This document shows, in pieces, positions 23,421 through 38,782 of a stretch of DNA of 64,000 nt (position 1 is its first letter; the number at the start of each line of letters is the position of its first letter). The translations under genes were made by a program, and so were the position numbers. The notes below the pieces were generated by a model. The model searched no databases. It was not told the DNA's origin and saw only the letters and a program-made list of their open reading frames with translations. This stretch comes from a cyanobacterium endosymbiont of Rhopalodia gibba (GTDB taxonomy: Bacteria > Cyanobacteriota > Cyanobacteriia > Cyanobacteriales > Microcystaceae): assembly GCA_045159875.1 (NCBI GenBank), contig CP067995.1, positions 1,408,001-1,472,000 of the forward strand. Reading direction: 5' to 3'.

Positions 23421-24185
23421 ATGCGCGATAACCCTATTGCAATTAAAAATCTAAGTCACAGTTACCCAGATGGGACCTCCTCTCTGAACGGAATTAACTT
23501 ATCAGTTCAAGAAGGAGAGAGAGTAGCCTTAATCGGAGCAAATGGATCGGGAAAATCTACGTTGCAATTTCACCTCAATGAAATTTTTCTACCTCAGTCA
23601 GGACATATCAAAGTAGGGCAGTGGGAAGTTAATTCTAAAAATCTTATCAAGATCAGAAATTTTGTTGGTTTAGTTTTTCAAAATCCCTATAATTAGCTAT
23701 TTATGCCTACTGTGTGGGATGATATCGCTTTTGGACCGAAAAATTATGGTATCAAGGGAAAAGAACTGCAATTAAGAGTTTTAGCGGCTATGGAAACGGT
23801 AAAAATAGATCACCAAATTTATAGTTCAAGGAACCCTGATAATTTATCAGGAGGAGAAAAAAAGCGGGTAGCAATCGCCTGAGTTTTGGCCATGCAGCCT
23901 CAAGTGTTAGTGTTAGATGAACCTTCGTCCTAACTTGATACCCATTCCCGGCGCTATCTGATTGGCTTGCTAAAGACCCTTTCTCTAACCCAATTAATTG
24001 CCACCTACGACCTCGATTTAGCCTGGGAATTATGTGAGCGCACTATTATTCTTAGCCAAGGTCAGATTGTATATAATGGTGATACAGACAGGATAATGAG
24101 CGATCAAAACTTTTTAAAGAAACAGGACTTAGAACCCCCTTTCAGTTACAGTCGTCCTTACTGTAATTTAGGAGACGCTCCTTAA
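23421..24185 (+). pseudogene. cbiO: ECF/CbiO-type (Co/Ni) ABC ATPase pseudogene with three in-frame stops
   Basis: One frame throughout: Walker A GANGSGKST, VFQNPYN*LFMPTVWDDIAFGP, LSGGEKKRVAIA*VLAM, LDEPSS*LD, IATYDLD. Stops TAG 23694, TGA 23880, TAA 23931. Joins ORF-track pieces 23415-23696 and 23967-24185. Confidence 0.92.
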
Positions 24186-25192
24186 GTGAGGACAGAAAAA
24201 GCGAAGTTAAAATTTATAGTCTTAGAGTAGACACATTACGATAGTTATCTCAAATAATCGTATATCGTTGAACCTTTGCCTACTCTATAAAATGCTTTAA
24301 CCTGGCGACAGAATACAGAAAAAGTTTTTGAACCAAAGTTGATTGTTAGTTCATTTTGACAGCGAGGTGATGAGTTTTTCACTATCATCTTTTTGGGTTG
24401 AAAGTGCAAAAGAATCATTATAGAGACTTAACTTAATGTTAAGGCTTGTGTTCTAGTCAATATGAATATTTTAAAAAAAAAATACGATTATTTATTCCAT
24501 AAGAAAGTATTTTTTTGTCAATCATGCACACATAAAAAGATATACTGAACTATCGCTCAACGTCAATAACATTCATGTTTTCAAACCCTTGAACTAAATT
24601 ATCATTTTCTACAGCTCGTTTTTGCAAAAAAGTGACCTCTCCTTCAAATCAATTATCAGGAAGATAAGAAGAATTACTCTAAACTTTTCACATTGTTCCG
24701 TTGATAGAGTATTAAAGATTAAGAAATACAGTTGTAGCTTTATCTTAAGTAATTAATTTTTTTGCCTCTAAACGCTTAATTTAGTATTTAATTTTCTATT
24801 TTTTATGGTTAAAAGTAAAAAAATTTTAAAATTAGGATACCTAAATTAAGATGAAAAGCTATCAAGGTAAATACAAAATTAAAGTCGAAGATTATAGATT
24901 AAGTTCAACTATTAACAACTAATTGTTTAGTCTTATTAAGTTAAGGGACTGAATTAAGTTGTTCAATAAATTATGATTATGAAATATGTAGGATTGTGAG
25001 TGTTCTGCTAACAATTTTGAAAGATAGCCTAGAGTAGACTCCACCTGTAGTTTTCTAAACTACCAAAAAGTTTAGGTTTAGCTTCTACTAAGTTAATCTC
25101 AAAAAAAATGGGGTGAAATGACTTAAACCAGAAAACATAAACGTTAAGAAATCTTGTTATCTATTTCAATTTTAACAAGAGGATTAAATGCT

Positions 25193-25652
25193 ATGACCAT
25201 TGTAGTTGGACGCGGTCCACAGAGTGGATGCTTTGATATTATCTCTGGCTGTCTCAAGCGTAATCGCTTTGTGTTTGTTGGTCTAGTTTATTGCTATTCC
25301 TCTGTGCTTACTTCGTACCCACTAGATGGTTAACCAGAACCATCTTTATTCTTATAAACCTACTAGTTGGTCAGTTCGTACTTCGAATAAGCTGACTTCC
25401 TAACCGTAGCTGTATCTGCCCTCACTAATGCCTTCAGATACTCCATCTTGATTCTTCTGAGGATCTAAAGTTCAAAGAGACTTCACCGGTTAGTGTCAAA
25501 TTGGTGGACTATAGACATTTACCGCTCTTTACGGAGCTTTCGTACTGATTTGTTATAACGCTACTCTACGAGCTCGAATGGCTCCTTGAGAGCAATTTTA
25601 CCAAGACTTTATCCTTCTTGAGGAGATACTTTCCCGTAATAACGCTCTCTAA
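25193..25652 (+). pseudogene. psbD: Photosystem II D2 protein pseudogene with large internal deletion
   Basis: [30 protein letters not shown] (cf. MTIAVGR..WFD..DDWLKRDRFVFVG), FLTVAVS, QIGGL*TFTALYGAFVLI, then directly LRARMAP*EQFYQDFILLEEILSRNNAL* (cf. IRAWMAPQDQPHENF.FPEEVLPRGNAL). AGAGGA RBS upstream. Confidence 0.93.
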
Positions 25653-25834
25653 GACAGATGTTACCAATGAACGTGACATAGAATTGACCGGTTTAGCGTA
25701 GTGGTCAAGCAAACAAGCTTAATTAGCCTTTTTGGCAAACTTCTTATTGTTCACCTCACTTAACTTACGCTAGTAGATTTGGTGTACTATTGTTGATATT
25801 TAAAGTTCTGTTCTTTGGCGGTTTTTATGAAGCC
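25636..25834 (+). pseudogene. psbC: Photosystem II CP43 pseudogene fragment overlapping the psbD end
   Basis: Starts at GTA (ancestral GTG) inside the psbD tail: VITLSK..ERDIELTGLA*WS, LISLFGKLLIVHL (cf. [23 protein letters not shown]), then FGVLLLIFKVLFFGGFYE (cf. GALLLVFKAMFFGGVYD). Confidence 0.85.
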
Positions 25835-26363
25835 ATCAGGTAAAATTGTGATACATCAGATAATATATATTTTGATTATATAAGATGGCAATAAAGTTAA
25901 AGAGCTTAAAACTCTATAGACTTAGTTTTCATGGAATAAAGCTTTAACCTATCATTAATTATTTAGTTGAACACAGCTAAGTTTTTAGGTAAAACTTTAA
26001 GAGCTGTCCATAGTAAGCAACATAGACTAATTCACTTATTTCTACAGTAAATTAGTCTGAAGCGAACCACTATACCTTCTTTTGTTTTTTAGAAAAGATT
26101 GAGAATTCTAACATCTTCCTCGTATTTTCCGCTTTGTTGTCTCCTGTGTAACAACTAAAAATCTTGTGTTCTATGCAGTTTAAAACCAATATGAGGGTAT
26201 GTTCTCAAGAAAAATGATTAATCATCCCAGAGAACAGAAACTCACACTGTCATTGTATTTTTAACCAAATGTTAATCCTTTGAATTCACTAGGAGTGTTG
26301 CAAAAATTAGGTGCTATAGTCAAATAGATTTGCCAGAGAATTATCATAGTAAACGCGATTGTG

Positions 26364-26843
26364 ATGCTTAATTTCTCTTTTAAGTTAATGTTAATGACCT
26401 TCAAGGGCAAGCTTTTATGTGCTTTTTCTCTCTACAAAAGATATCGTGTTGTTAGTACTGCCCCTGTGGACGTTCTTTGGCAGAAATTAATTAATTTGGC
26501 CGATGTTTCTTGGCATCCCTTGTTCTCAAAAACGAATGTCCCTTTGGGACTAATCGCGAAACCAGGGTTGATCTATCAAGTGGTAACACGCCTCACCCCC
26601 ATCCCCATTCGTCTATTTGTAGAAAATGTAAGGCCAGGGGAATTATTAAGTATGCGAGTTTTAGCTATTCCAGGAATTGAACAGAAAATCACTTATCAAG
26701 TAGAATCTACTCTTTGTGGGTCTTATATTTCCTATTCAGTGACTTTGCGTGGATGGCTATCTCCGTTGATTTGGTGGCTTATCAAACCCTATTCCGCTCG
26801 TGTCGCCTCAGAGTTAGCTAATGCGGCCGAAAGATTAGCTTAA
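26364..26843 (+). CDS. SRPBCC (polyketide cyclase/dehydrase-like) family protein
   Basis: SAPVDxLW-type start, LADVSWHP, SYSVTLRGWLSPL and a C-terminal helix typical of cyanobacterial SRPBCC proteins. Confidence 0.8.
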   Translation: MLNFSFKLMLMTFKGKLLCAFSLYKRYRVVSTAPVDVLWQKLINLADVSWHPLFSKTNVPLGLIAKPGLIYQVVTRLTPIPIRLFVENVRPGELLSMRVLAIPGIEQKITYQVESTLCGSYISYSVTLRGWLSPLIWWLIKPYSARVASELANAAERLA

Positions 26844-26854
26844 TCTCTTTTACT

Positions 26855-27298
26855 TTAGTTAAATACGCCAAAGTCTAACCAGTCGTAGTTTGATCTTGCA
26901 ACTCGCTTTTGAATGCGAGCTAAGTAGATTTGGTTATCAATAGCAACTCTTGGAGATGGTAATTCAGTATTTGGCCAACTGGACAAGCTAACACAAAGAC
27001 ACACAGGAGAATTATTTCCAGAAATAGCAACAGGAGAAGGCATCCGACACCTTGTACATTCGACTACCTCCCAATCAGAACTCAATAATTCTTGAATAGT
27101 TTGCTCAGCACCTTCCAGATAACAATCAGCACCCGCGGCGAAGATATATTGCCAGTAACTTTCGAATTCATGAGAATAGGTGTTACCCCCAAAGATCTGG
27201 CTAGGACGTAATTTTTGTTGACGCTTAGGAAGTAAAACCTGCTTGCCCAGTTGAAACCAATGAGCAAGATAATGTTTTACCTGTGCTTCCGAAGCCAT
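26855..27298 (-). CDS. Conserved cyanobacterial hypothetical protein with Cys motifs
   Basis: MASEAQVKHYLAHWFQLGK, CYLEGAEQTI, CTRCRMP, CLC..WPNTELPSPR. Confidence 0.75.
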   Translation of the reverse strand: MASEAQVKHYLAHWFQLGKQVLLPKRQQKLRPSQIFGGNTYSHEFESYWQYIFAAGADCYLEGAEQTIQELLSSDWEVVECTRCRMPSPVAISGNNSPVCLCVSLSSWPNTELPSPRVAIDNQIYLARIQKRVARSNYDWLDFGVFN

Positions 27299-27386
27299 AT
27301 GTATAAACCTTTCCATGGTCAGCAGTGCATCCTCATGCTAACACCTGTATTGTTCTTCATCATTCTTTGTAATTGAAAATTTACAA

Positions 27387-27956
27387 TTATTCTTTTGTCA
27401 GAGGTTCGCCAAGTAAACTTAGGTTAAGGACGTGGCCTCCGGTCACCAGATATACTAAATTAGCGATTAGCCCCAGTTGTCGGGTTAAATTTCCTAAGCG
27501 ATCGCGAAATGTACGTCCTAAGGGGAAGCTTGGAACGACTCCCCATCCTGTTTCCTCAGCTACTAAAATAACATCTACACGGGTAGTTTCTAAACGTTTT
27601 AAGAATTGATCCATCGTCTCTATCCAGGTAAAACTATCTTGCTCTAGACAATTAGCTACCCAAGTTCCTAGAGAATCAATCAAAAGACAATGAGGCGGTG
27701 TAACCGTTTCAAAAATAACTGATAAGTTATAGGGAACCCATCTGGTTTCCCAATGGGGAGGACGACGTTCTCGATGGCGAGTAATCCTTTCTAGCCATTC
27801 TTGGTCTTGGGTATTTTCTAAGGCTGTCGCGATATAAATAACAGGCTTTTTGGATTTTGTAGCTAGGGTTTCAGCCCACTCACTTTTACCTGAACGGGTC
27901 GGCCCAGTTACTAAAATAATTTGTTGGTTTGGAAGCGGTTCTGAATTATTGACCAT
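27387..27956 (-). CDS. cobU: Adenosylcobinamide kinase / cobinamide-phosphate guanylyltransferase
   Basis: LVTGPTRSGKSEWAE, YIATA, RITRHRERRP, LIDSLGTW, EETGWGVVP, FRDRLG. Confidence 0.95.
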   Translation of the reverse strand: MVNNSEPLPNQQIILVTGPTRSGKSEWAETLATKSKKPVIYIATALENTQDQEWLERITRHRERRPPHWETRWVPYNLSVIFETVTPPHCLLIDSLGTWVANCLEQDSFTWIETMDQFLKRLETTRVDVILVAEETGWGVVPSFPLGRTFRDRLGNLTRQLGLIANLVYLVTGGHVLNLSLLGEPLTKE

Positions 27957-28589
27957 AATAATTAGAATGATTTATAAATCAAATTTCCTAAAGAAGAGAA
28001 AACAATCATCGTCTTATTCACAAGAATCAATTGATTAAGTTTTTAAACTTAAGGGCTCAACAAATTTCACAGAAAAAATATATATTCTGTAATTTATTAT
28101 CCTTTTCTTTTGAGATAAAACGTCATAAAAATTAGCTATTATCTGAGTAAGATAAACGAAAAGTATTGTACCTTCTACACAAACAATTTCTTTAAAATCT
28201 GGATATATTTCAAAGTTAGTCAAAATAACATGAATATTTATCATTATTAAACGCTAATAGCAACAACCTAACCTAATTAATAGAAAAATACAAAATTTTG
28301 ATTTTTTTGATTTTCACTAGAACAGCTCGAATTTTTATAATTTTCCTCAGGTCTAATACAATTACTTTAGTTTAGCATCGATAGGTATTAGTTATTACTT
28401 TATGATTTTAACTTATATATTATATAAAGTAGAAAAAACTAAATTAATGATCTGTGATAACCAGGGGTTTCGATTTAAATAGAAATTGCTACATAATTTT
28501 TGTTAATTTTTTATTAGTTTTAAATGATTACAGTCAGACAAAATCATTGATTAAAAACAAGAAATAACTTATTTAAAAACTTTCAATTT

Positions 28590-29110
28590 TAACTACTATC
28601 TTACTGCATTCATGTTAATCTTAACAACCTTAAAGAAAGTTATTTTAGTCTAATTGTATGGTCGACCTACGATACTGTAACATTTTTGATAACTCCTGCT
28701 GACGCAATATAAATTCATCGATGTTTAATCAGAATCATTGAAGGTCAACTACGATAAATTCTTGATTTAGGATATAGCGTAGGTTCAAGTAGAATTTAGT
28801 TAATAAGAAACTTTTCTAAGTGTTAATCTAATTGATTAATTTAGATTTGATAGACGTTTTCCAGGCTTTAATTCTTGAAAATTGACTAATGTGTTCACAA
28901 AACTTGTCTGCAGACTTGACTTAAGGGAGTTGACACGGAGAATTTTAGTCTTAGATTAAATTAATTGTAATTGAGCGCAATTAGTTCTTCAGTTGTCAAG
29001 AATTATCCCAGTTTAGCATCAATTTTACCTAAAAGACGTTGTGGTTGCAACCTGTAGAATCAATTCAGGTTCTTCCATGATGGAAAGACAAATGGGGTGA
29101 TGAGAGATGA
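28590..29110 (+). pseudogene. Class I SAM-dependent methyltransferase remnant
   Basis: Frame reads KESYFSLIVWSTYDTVTFLITPA..LIRIIEGQLR*ILDLGYSVGSS, matching the cyanobacterial GGYLN..TYD..QGQPRRILDLGCGTGST type; multiple stops; limits approximate. Confidence 0.65.
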
Positions 29111-30203
29111 AGATTTTTTAAAAAACAGACTTAAATACTCTCCTACCTAAGGGTAGTATTTAAAAGTAAAATTTCTCTAGAAAGAAAAAATGTCCAGTGA
29201 GAATCAGGCAAAATCGTATCGTGCCTTCTAGAGTCCCCCTGATGAAAACTAGATTACTTTCGGTGTCTAAAATTCGGTATCTCGACTTTTCGATAATTTT
29301 GGTCTTATTTTTTTTCTAATAACAAGACTATAAACTGCCACGATCCTTCATTTGAGAGGTAGTTTATAGTCAAGACCTCGATGTTACAAACATATCACTT
29401 AAATTTAATCGCGTGATCACATCTCTAGAATTAGAAAAGTAGCACTGGATTTTAGGGTTAAAATCAGGGTTTAAGTGTGAGTAACAGGATTAAATTTAAG
29501 TAAAATTGCGAAAACTATAGCGTAACACTTTAAACAAACTAAAATATCGATTGTCATAACAAATTATATTATTTTTTTTACAGTCTCTTCATTGCTCAGA
29601 GGTTAAGCAATCGTTCTAACTATAAGTCAATTTAAGAATAATTGTAGTATTTATAAGTTTTTTTATTCAAAAAACGTCTAAAACTGCTCAATAACTACTT
29701 TTTATAAATTTATTTTTTGATTCCTGTCCCAACTAAAAGCTTACCAAACCTTAACATGGCATTGTTTATTTCCGATTATTTAGAGGATCATACATAAATA
29801 ATGAAGTAAAAATTAAAGTATAACTATAAATTACCAACTAATAGAAAAAATAACCTATAAATGCTCGCATAATCATCCATAATCATAAAATACCAATTAT
29901 GGGCATAGTTAAAGAAAAAAAGAGGTTTAACTGCTGATTTCTAACTTTTTACTTTTGACTTTCAATTACTGCCTTGTTAAGATACTGTTTAAAGAATTGG
30001 GGAAACTAAAAATCCAACGTTAGACTAAAAAACGTTAGATTAATCGGGGTGCACCGCTATGCGGAAGGCGAAAAGTAAATAGGCATCAGGCAAAAGTTGA
30101 CCATAACAAAGCCTCAGCTCTTACCAATGTCTAATCAGCCAATGCCTTATGCAATAGCAAAAGCCCTTTTTGATAAGAACCAAGTAGATTTGGTAGCAGT
30201 TAT

Positions 30204-31625
30204 ATGACGAAACGTACCTTTGCTGTAATCGGTTTAGCCGTGATGGGAGAAAACCTAGCCCTTAATGTGGAGAGTCGTGGTTATCCCATTGCTGTTTACA
30301 ACCGTAGCCGAGAGAAAACAGACAGATTCATGAGTACCCGGGCCGTCGGTAAAGATATAAAAGCGGCTTACTCCCTAAAAGAATTAGTCCAAACCTTAGA
30401 ACGGCCCCGTAAACTTCTAGTGATGGTTCAAGCAGGAAAACCTGTTGATTACGTCATTCAAGACTTAAAACCTCTCCTTGAAAAAGGAGATATGATCATT
30501 GATGGCGGTAACTCTCTCTATGAGGATACGGAAAGACGCACCCAAGAATTAGAAGCCAGCGGACTTGGTTTTGTAGGAATGGGTGTTAGTGGTGGAGAAG
30601 AAGGTGCATTAAAAGGGCCTAGCTTAATGCCTGGGGGCACTGAAGCTGCCTATAGAGAACTTGAACCCATTTTGACCAAGATTGCTGCCCAAGTAGATGA
30701 TGGGCCGTGTGTCACCTTTGTGGGACGCGGTGGAGCTGGTCACTATGTAAAAATGGTGCACAATGGGATCGAATATGGCGATATGCAATTAATCGCTGAA
30801 GCCTATGACATCATGAGAAACGGACTAGGGTTGAGCAATGAAGAGTTGCACAATGTCTTCAAAGAATGGAATACTACTGATGAACTTAATTCTTTTCTAA
30901 TTGAAATTACCACCGATATTTTCAAGTACAAAGACCCAGAAACTGGAAAACATCTAGTAGATCTCATTCTCGACTCCGCAGGACAAAAAGGAACCGGACG
31001 CTGGACGGTGATGACTTCCTTAGAGTTAGGGGTTCCCATTCCTACTATCTATGCTGCGGTAAACGCACGGGTCATGTCTTCGTATAAAGATGAACGAGTG
31101 GCTGCATCAAAAGAACTACCCGGACCTACAACTAAATTCAAAGGAGATGCCAAGGCATTTGTTGACAAAGTACGAGATGCTTTGTACTGTTCTAAGATGT
31201 GTTCTTATGCTCAAGGAATGGCCCTAATTGCTAAAGCCTCAGCAGAATACAATTACGGGGTAAGTTTGCCTGAATCTGCTCGTATTTGGAAAGGCGGTTG
31301 TATCATTCGTGCTGGTTTTCTTGATAAGATTAAAAAAGCATTTGTTGATAACCCCACCTTGCCTAATTTGTTATTAGCTCCTGAATTTAAACAGAGTATC
31401 TTGGATCGTCAAGAGGCATGGCGCGAAGTGTTAATGTTGGCTAACAAGTTGGGTATTTCTGTTCCTGCTTTTAGTGGGTCTTTAGACTATTTTGATAGTT
31501 ATCGTCGTGCTAGTTTGCCTCAGAATCTAACCCAAGCACAAAGGGATTATTTCGGAGCGCATACTTACGAACGTATTGATAAACCCAGAGGCGAATTTAC
31601 CCATACTGAATGGGCGGCTCAATAG
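30204..31625 (+). CDS. gnd: NADP-dependent 6-phosphogluconate dehydrogenase (decarboxylating)
   Basis: GLAVMGENLALN, IIDGGN, GVSGGEEGA, KMVHNGIEYGDMQ, QKGTG, QAQRDYFGAHTY. Confidence 0.98.
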   Translation: MTKRTFAVIGLAVMGENLALNVESRGYPIAVYNRSREKTDRFMSTRAVGKDIKAAYSLKELVQTLERPRKLLVMVQAGKPVDYVIQDLKPLLEKGDMIIDGGNSLYEDTERRTQELEASGLGFVGMGVSGGEEGALKGPSLMPGGTEAAYRELEPILTKIAAQVDDGPCVTFVGRGGAGHYVKMVHNGIEYGDMQLIAEAYDIMRNGLGLSNEELHNVFKEWNTTDELNSFLIEITTDIFKYKDPETGKHLVDLILDSAGQKGTGRWTVMTSLELGVPIPTIYAAVNARVMSSYKDERVAASKELPGPTTKFKGDAKAFVDKVRDALYCSKMCSYAQGMALIAKASAEYNYGVSLPESARIWKGGCIIRAGFLDKIKKAFVDNPTLPNLLLAPEFKQSILDRQEAWREVLMLANKLGISVPAFSGSLDYFDSYRRASLPQNLTQAQRDYFGAHTYERIDKPRGEFTHTEWAAQ

Positions 31626-31651
31626 AAGATTTGTGCCCTCGCTTATTAAGC

Positions 31652-31685
31652 AAAAAAACTCTCTCTCCCAGGAGAGAGAGTTTTT
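31652..31685. terminator. Bidirectional intrinsic terminator between gnd and dapL
   Basis: AAAAAAACTCTCTCTCC-CA-GGAGAGAGAGTTTTT. Confidence 0.8.
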
Positions 31686-31729
31686 AGTTGAACTCGTCGT
31701 CGAGTGGGCATAGCCCACCTTACCTGAAA

Positions 31730-32965
31730 CTACAATGAAAACTGTGTTGTAATACGTTTCATAGCTTCTTCTATATTTTCCCGACTGTTGAAAGCAGAAA
31801 TCCTGAAATATCCTTCTCCTGCGGCACCAAACCCAGATCCTGGAGTTCCCACCACATGAGAAGTTTGCAATAATTTATCGAAGAAATCCCAACTTGAGAG
31901 ATTATCAGGGTTTTTTATCCAAATGTAGGGGGAATTTACGCCACCATATACCTTAAACCCTGCTTTTTTCAGTTGATTGCAGATTATCTGAGCATTTTCT
32001 AGGTAAAAACTGACTAATTTCTTAACCTGTATTTTTCCCTTGTCGGAGTAGACTGCTTCTGCCCCTCGTTGTACGATGTAGGAGACTCCATTAAATTTAG
32101 TACACTGGCGACGGTTCCACAGTTTCCACAATTTTATATCCGACCCATCAGAGACTTTAGCCGTAAGAGTTTTGGGAACTACTGTGAAGGCACAACGTGT
32201 CCCCGTGAATCCTGCATTTTTAGAGAAAGACCGAAACTCAATCGCACAGTTTTTGGCTCCTTCAATTTCATAGATAGAATGGGGGAGACTCTCATCGATG
32301 ATGAAAGCTTCATAAGCAGCATCAAAAAAAATGATAGACTCCATAGCGTTAGCATAGTCTACCCAGGTTTTGAGATAGTCTTTGGTGGCGGTTGCCCCTG
32401 TGGGATTGTTAGGAAAGCAAAGATAGATCAGATTGACTTTTTGATTGGGGATGTCTGCAATAAAATCATTTTCTGCACTGATGGGAAGATAAACTAAGCC
32501 GTCATATTCTCCTTTATCATTGGCTTCCCCCGTATTACCAGCCATAACGTTTGTATCAACATAAACTGGGTATACAGGGTCGGTAACAGCGATTTTGTTA
32601 TCCCTGCCAAAAATATCAAGAATGTTCCCTGTGTCGCATTTAGCCCCATCTGAGACAAATATTTCTAAGGCATCTATATCACAATTCCTTGATTGGAAGT
32701 CATTAGCTGCAATTTTTTCCCGTAACCAGTTATAACCTTGTTCTGGTCCGTAGCCTTGAAAAGTTGCGCGATCACCCATATCTTCCACAGCTTTAATCAT
32801 GGCAGTGCGACAAGCTTCAGGCAGAGGTTCAGTGACATCTCCGATACCCAGCTTAATGATATTAATATCAGGATTGACTTCAGCAAAAGTTTTGATCCGT
32901 CTGGCAATTTCGGGAAATAGGTATCCTGCCTTGAGTTTAAGGTAATTTTCGTTGACAGTCGTCAT
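31730..32965 (-). CDS. dapL: LL-diaminopimelate aminotransferase
   Basis: [42 protein letters not shown]-lysine [12 protein letters not shown]. Confidence 0.97.
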   Translation of the reverse strand: MTTVNENYLKLKAGYLFPEIARRIKTFAEVNPDINIIKLGIGDVTEPLPEACRTAMIKAVEDMGDRATFQGYGPEQGYNWLREKIAANDFQSRNCDIDALEIFVSDGAKCDTGNILDIFGRDNKIAVTDPVYPVYVDTNVMAGNTGEANDKGEYDGLVYLPISAENDFIADIPNQKVNLIYLCFPNNPTGATATKDYLKTWVDYANAMESIIFFDAAYEAFIIDESLPHSIYEIEGAKNCAIEFRSFSKNAGFTGTRCAFTVVPKTLTAKVSDGSDIKLWKLWNRRQCTKFNGVSYIVQRGAEAVYSDKGKIQVKKLVSFYLENAQIICNQLKKAGFKVYGGVNSPYIWIKNPDNLSSWDFFDKLLQTSHVVGTPGSGFGAAGEGYFRISAFNSRENIEEAMKRITTQFSL

Positions 32966-33465
32966 GTTTGTTTTTCTATAAACGCCTTTTACTTAGCTTA
33001 CACTGTGTTAAGAAATTTGAAGATAGTTTCAAAGCCCATCGTTATAGGTGTTCTGTTAACGTAAATTCTTAATGATTGAATGATTCAAATAATTTCTAAT
33101 TCTAAGTTTTTAAATCATTAAGAATTTACTTATTGTTAATAACAATATAAAATTAGGATATGTTAAGTTTTAGTGAATCTTATTATATTTTAGTGCCTTA
33201 GAGACAAAATGCGATGAAGTTGATAATTATCTAAAGCTGTTTTTAAACAGCGAGCAGGAAAGAGAGCCTATTTGCTTAGTCTAAATTGAGAAATACTTTA
33301 TTTTTCAGGTCAATAAGTAATCAGAAGTAATCGAACAAAAAAGTTTCATTTCTAAAATATTCAAAAGTTTTATAACTCACTTATAACTCAAATTTTTACT
33401 TCTAATTAGTAGAATTAACCTTTCATTCTTGAGTATTTAGTTCAGAAAGTATAGGTCCAGATTCT

Positions 33466-33507
33466 AACAAAGAATCTCTTCCCTGATTAGGAAAGAGATT
33501 CTTTGTT
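33466..33507 (-). terminator. rRNA operon terminator hairpin
   Basis: AACAAAGAATCTCTT...AAGAGATTCTTTGTT immediately 3' of 5S. Confidence 0.7.
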
Positions 33508-33517
33508 TAAAAATAAA

Positions 33518-33636
33518 TCCTGGCATCGAGCTATTGTCCCGGTGGGCTACCCCACAAGTATCTTTGCCGCTACCGCGTTTCACAGACGAGTTCGGGATGG
33601 AATCGCAGTGGGACCACGGTGCTAGAGACACCAAGA
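33518..33636 (-). rRNA. rrf: 5S ribosomal RNA
   Basis: Reverse complement TCTTGGTGTC..CCATCCCGAACTCG..GATGCCAGGA; ends approximate. Confidence 0.95.
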
Positions 33637-33718
33637 AGTGGAATGACTGGTGAAAACACCTTCAAGACTGCACAAAATGAGAAAGAAAAAATCAAAATCT
33701 TAAAACAACGTAGAAGAT

Positions 33719-36591
<2,873 letters not shown>

Positions 36592-36820
36592 ATTTCAACA
36601 TGGTTATCACTTAGACTTTTTTATTCGGTTAACGCTTTCTTACTCTATTAACTAGAATGTAAGAAAATGCTGACCGCTTTCTCATTTTTATGCAGTTTTC
36701 AAGGTGCTTGACTGGATTTCAACTGTCCAGCAGTCTGTCTTACTTTTCCAAGCAAGACTCGGTGCTGAACCTATTGTTTAAGGCTGCTCTATTAAGATAT
36801 ATGTTGTATATCGTGTTAGG

Positions 36821-36894
<74 letters not shown>

Positions 36895-37045
36895 TTATTC
36901 CGAACCAATTCCAGTTTAGAAGCTAAATTTAAGCAGGCTTTCCTTGCACGACCTTGGGATTAGTTCTAAGGAAAGGCACTATTGTTAGGCTCCAGACTTA
37001 CGTCTTTTACCTCTTACCTTTTTCCTTGAACTGAGGTCTCCCTAT

Positions 37046-38531
<1,486 letters not shown>

Positions 38532-38752
38532 GTTTGATCTGACTTTTAGCCGATGTTCTCTAACTAAGTTAGTTTCTCGGCTTTTTCTAACGTTATCCTA
38601 CTGTTTCTCTTACTTAGTAGACAGAAGAAACAATAAGACATATAATTGTCTTAAATAACAAGGGGCTTACTTAAAGCTGTTAGCTTCTAAACTATGAATT
38701 TTTCAAGGTTCGATGCGTCGAGGAGAGTGTTGCTCTCAACCGCGCATTTACC

Positions 38753-38782
38753 AATATACATTGGGTCCCTAAAAAATGTCAA
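38753..38782 (-). promoter_or_regulatory. Sigma70-type rrn promoter
   Basis: TTGACA (38782-38777), 18-bp spacer, TATATT (38758-38753). BoxA-like GAACCTTGAAAA downstream near 38700-38711 and a similar element in the ITS near 36696-36707. Confidence 0.75.

Noticed and set aside
23694..23933. Stop-codon reassignment or read-through to rescue cbiO
   Set aside because: Three different stop codons occur, all three terminate intact genes elsewhere in the window, and catalytic motifs are also mutated.
24190..24720. Possible further gene relic between cbiO and psbD (also 1740-2320 and 38830-39250)
   Set aside because: Composition hints at old coding DNA, but no ordered motifs could be assigned by eye.
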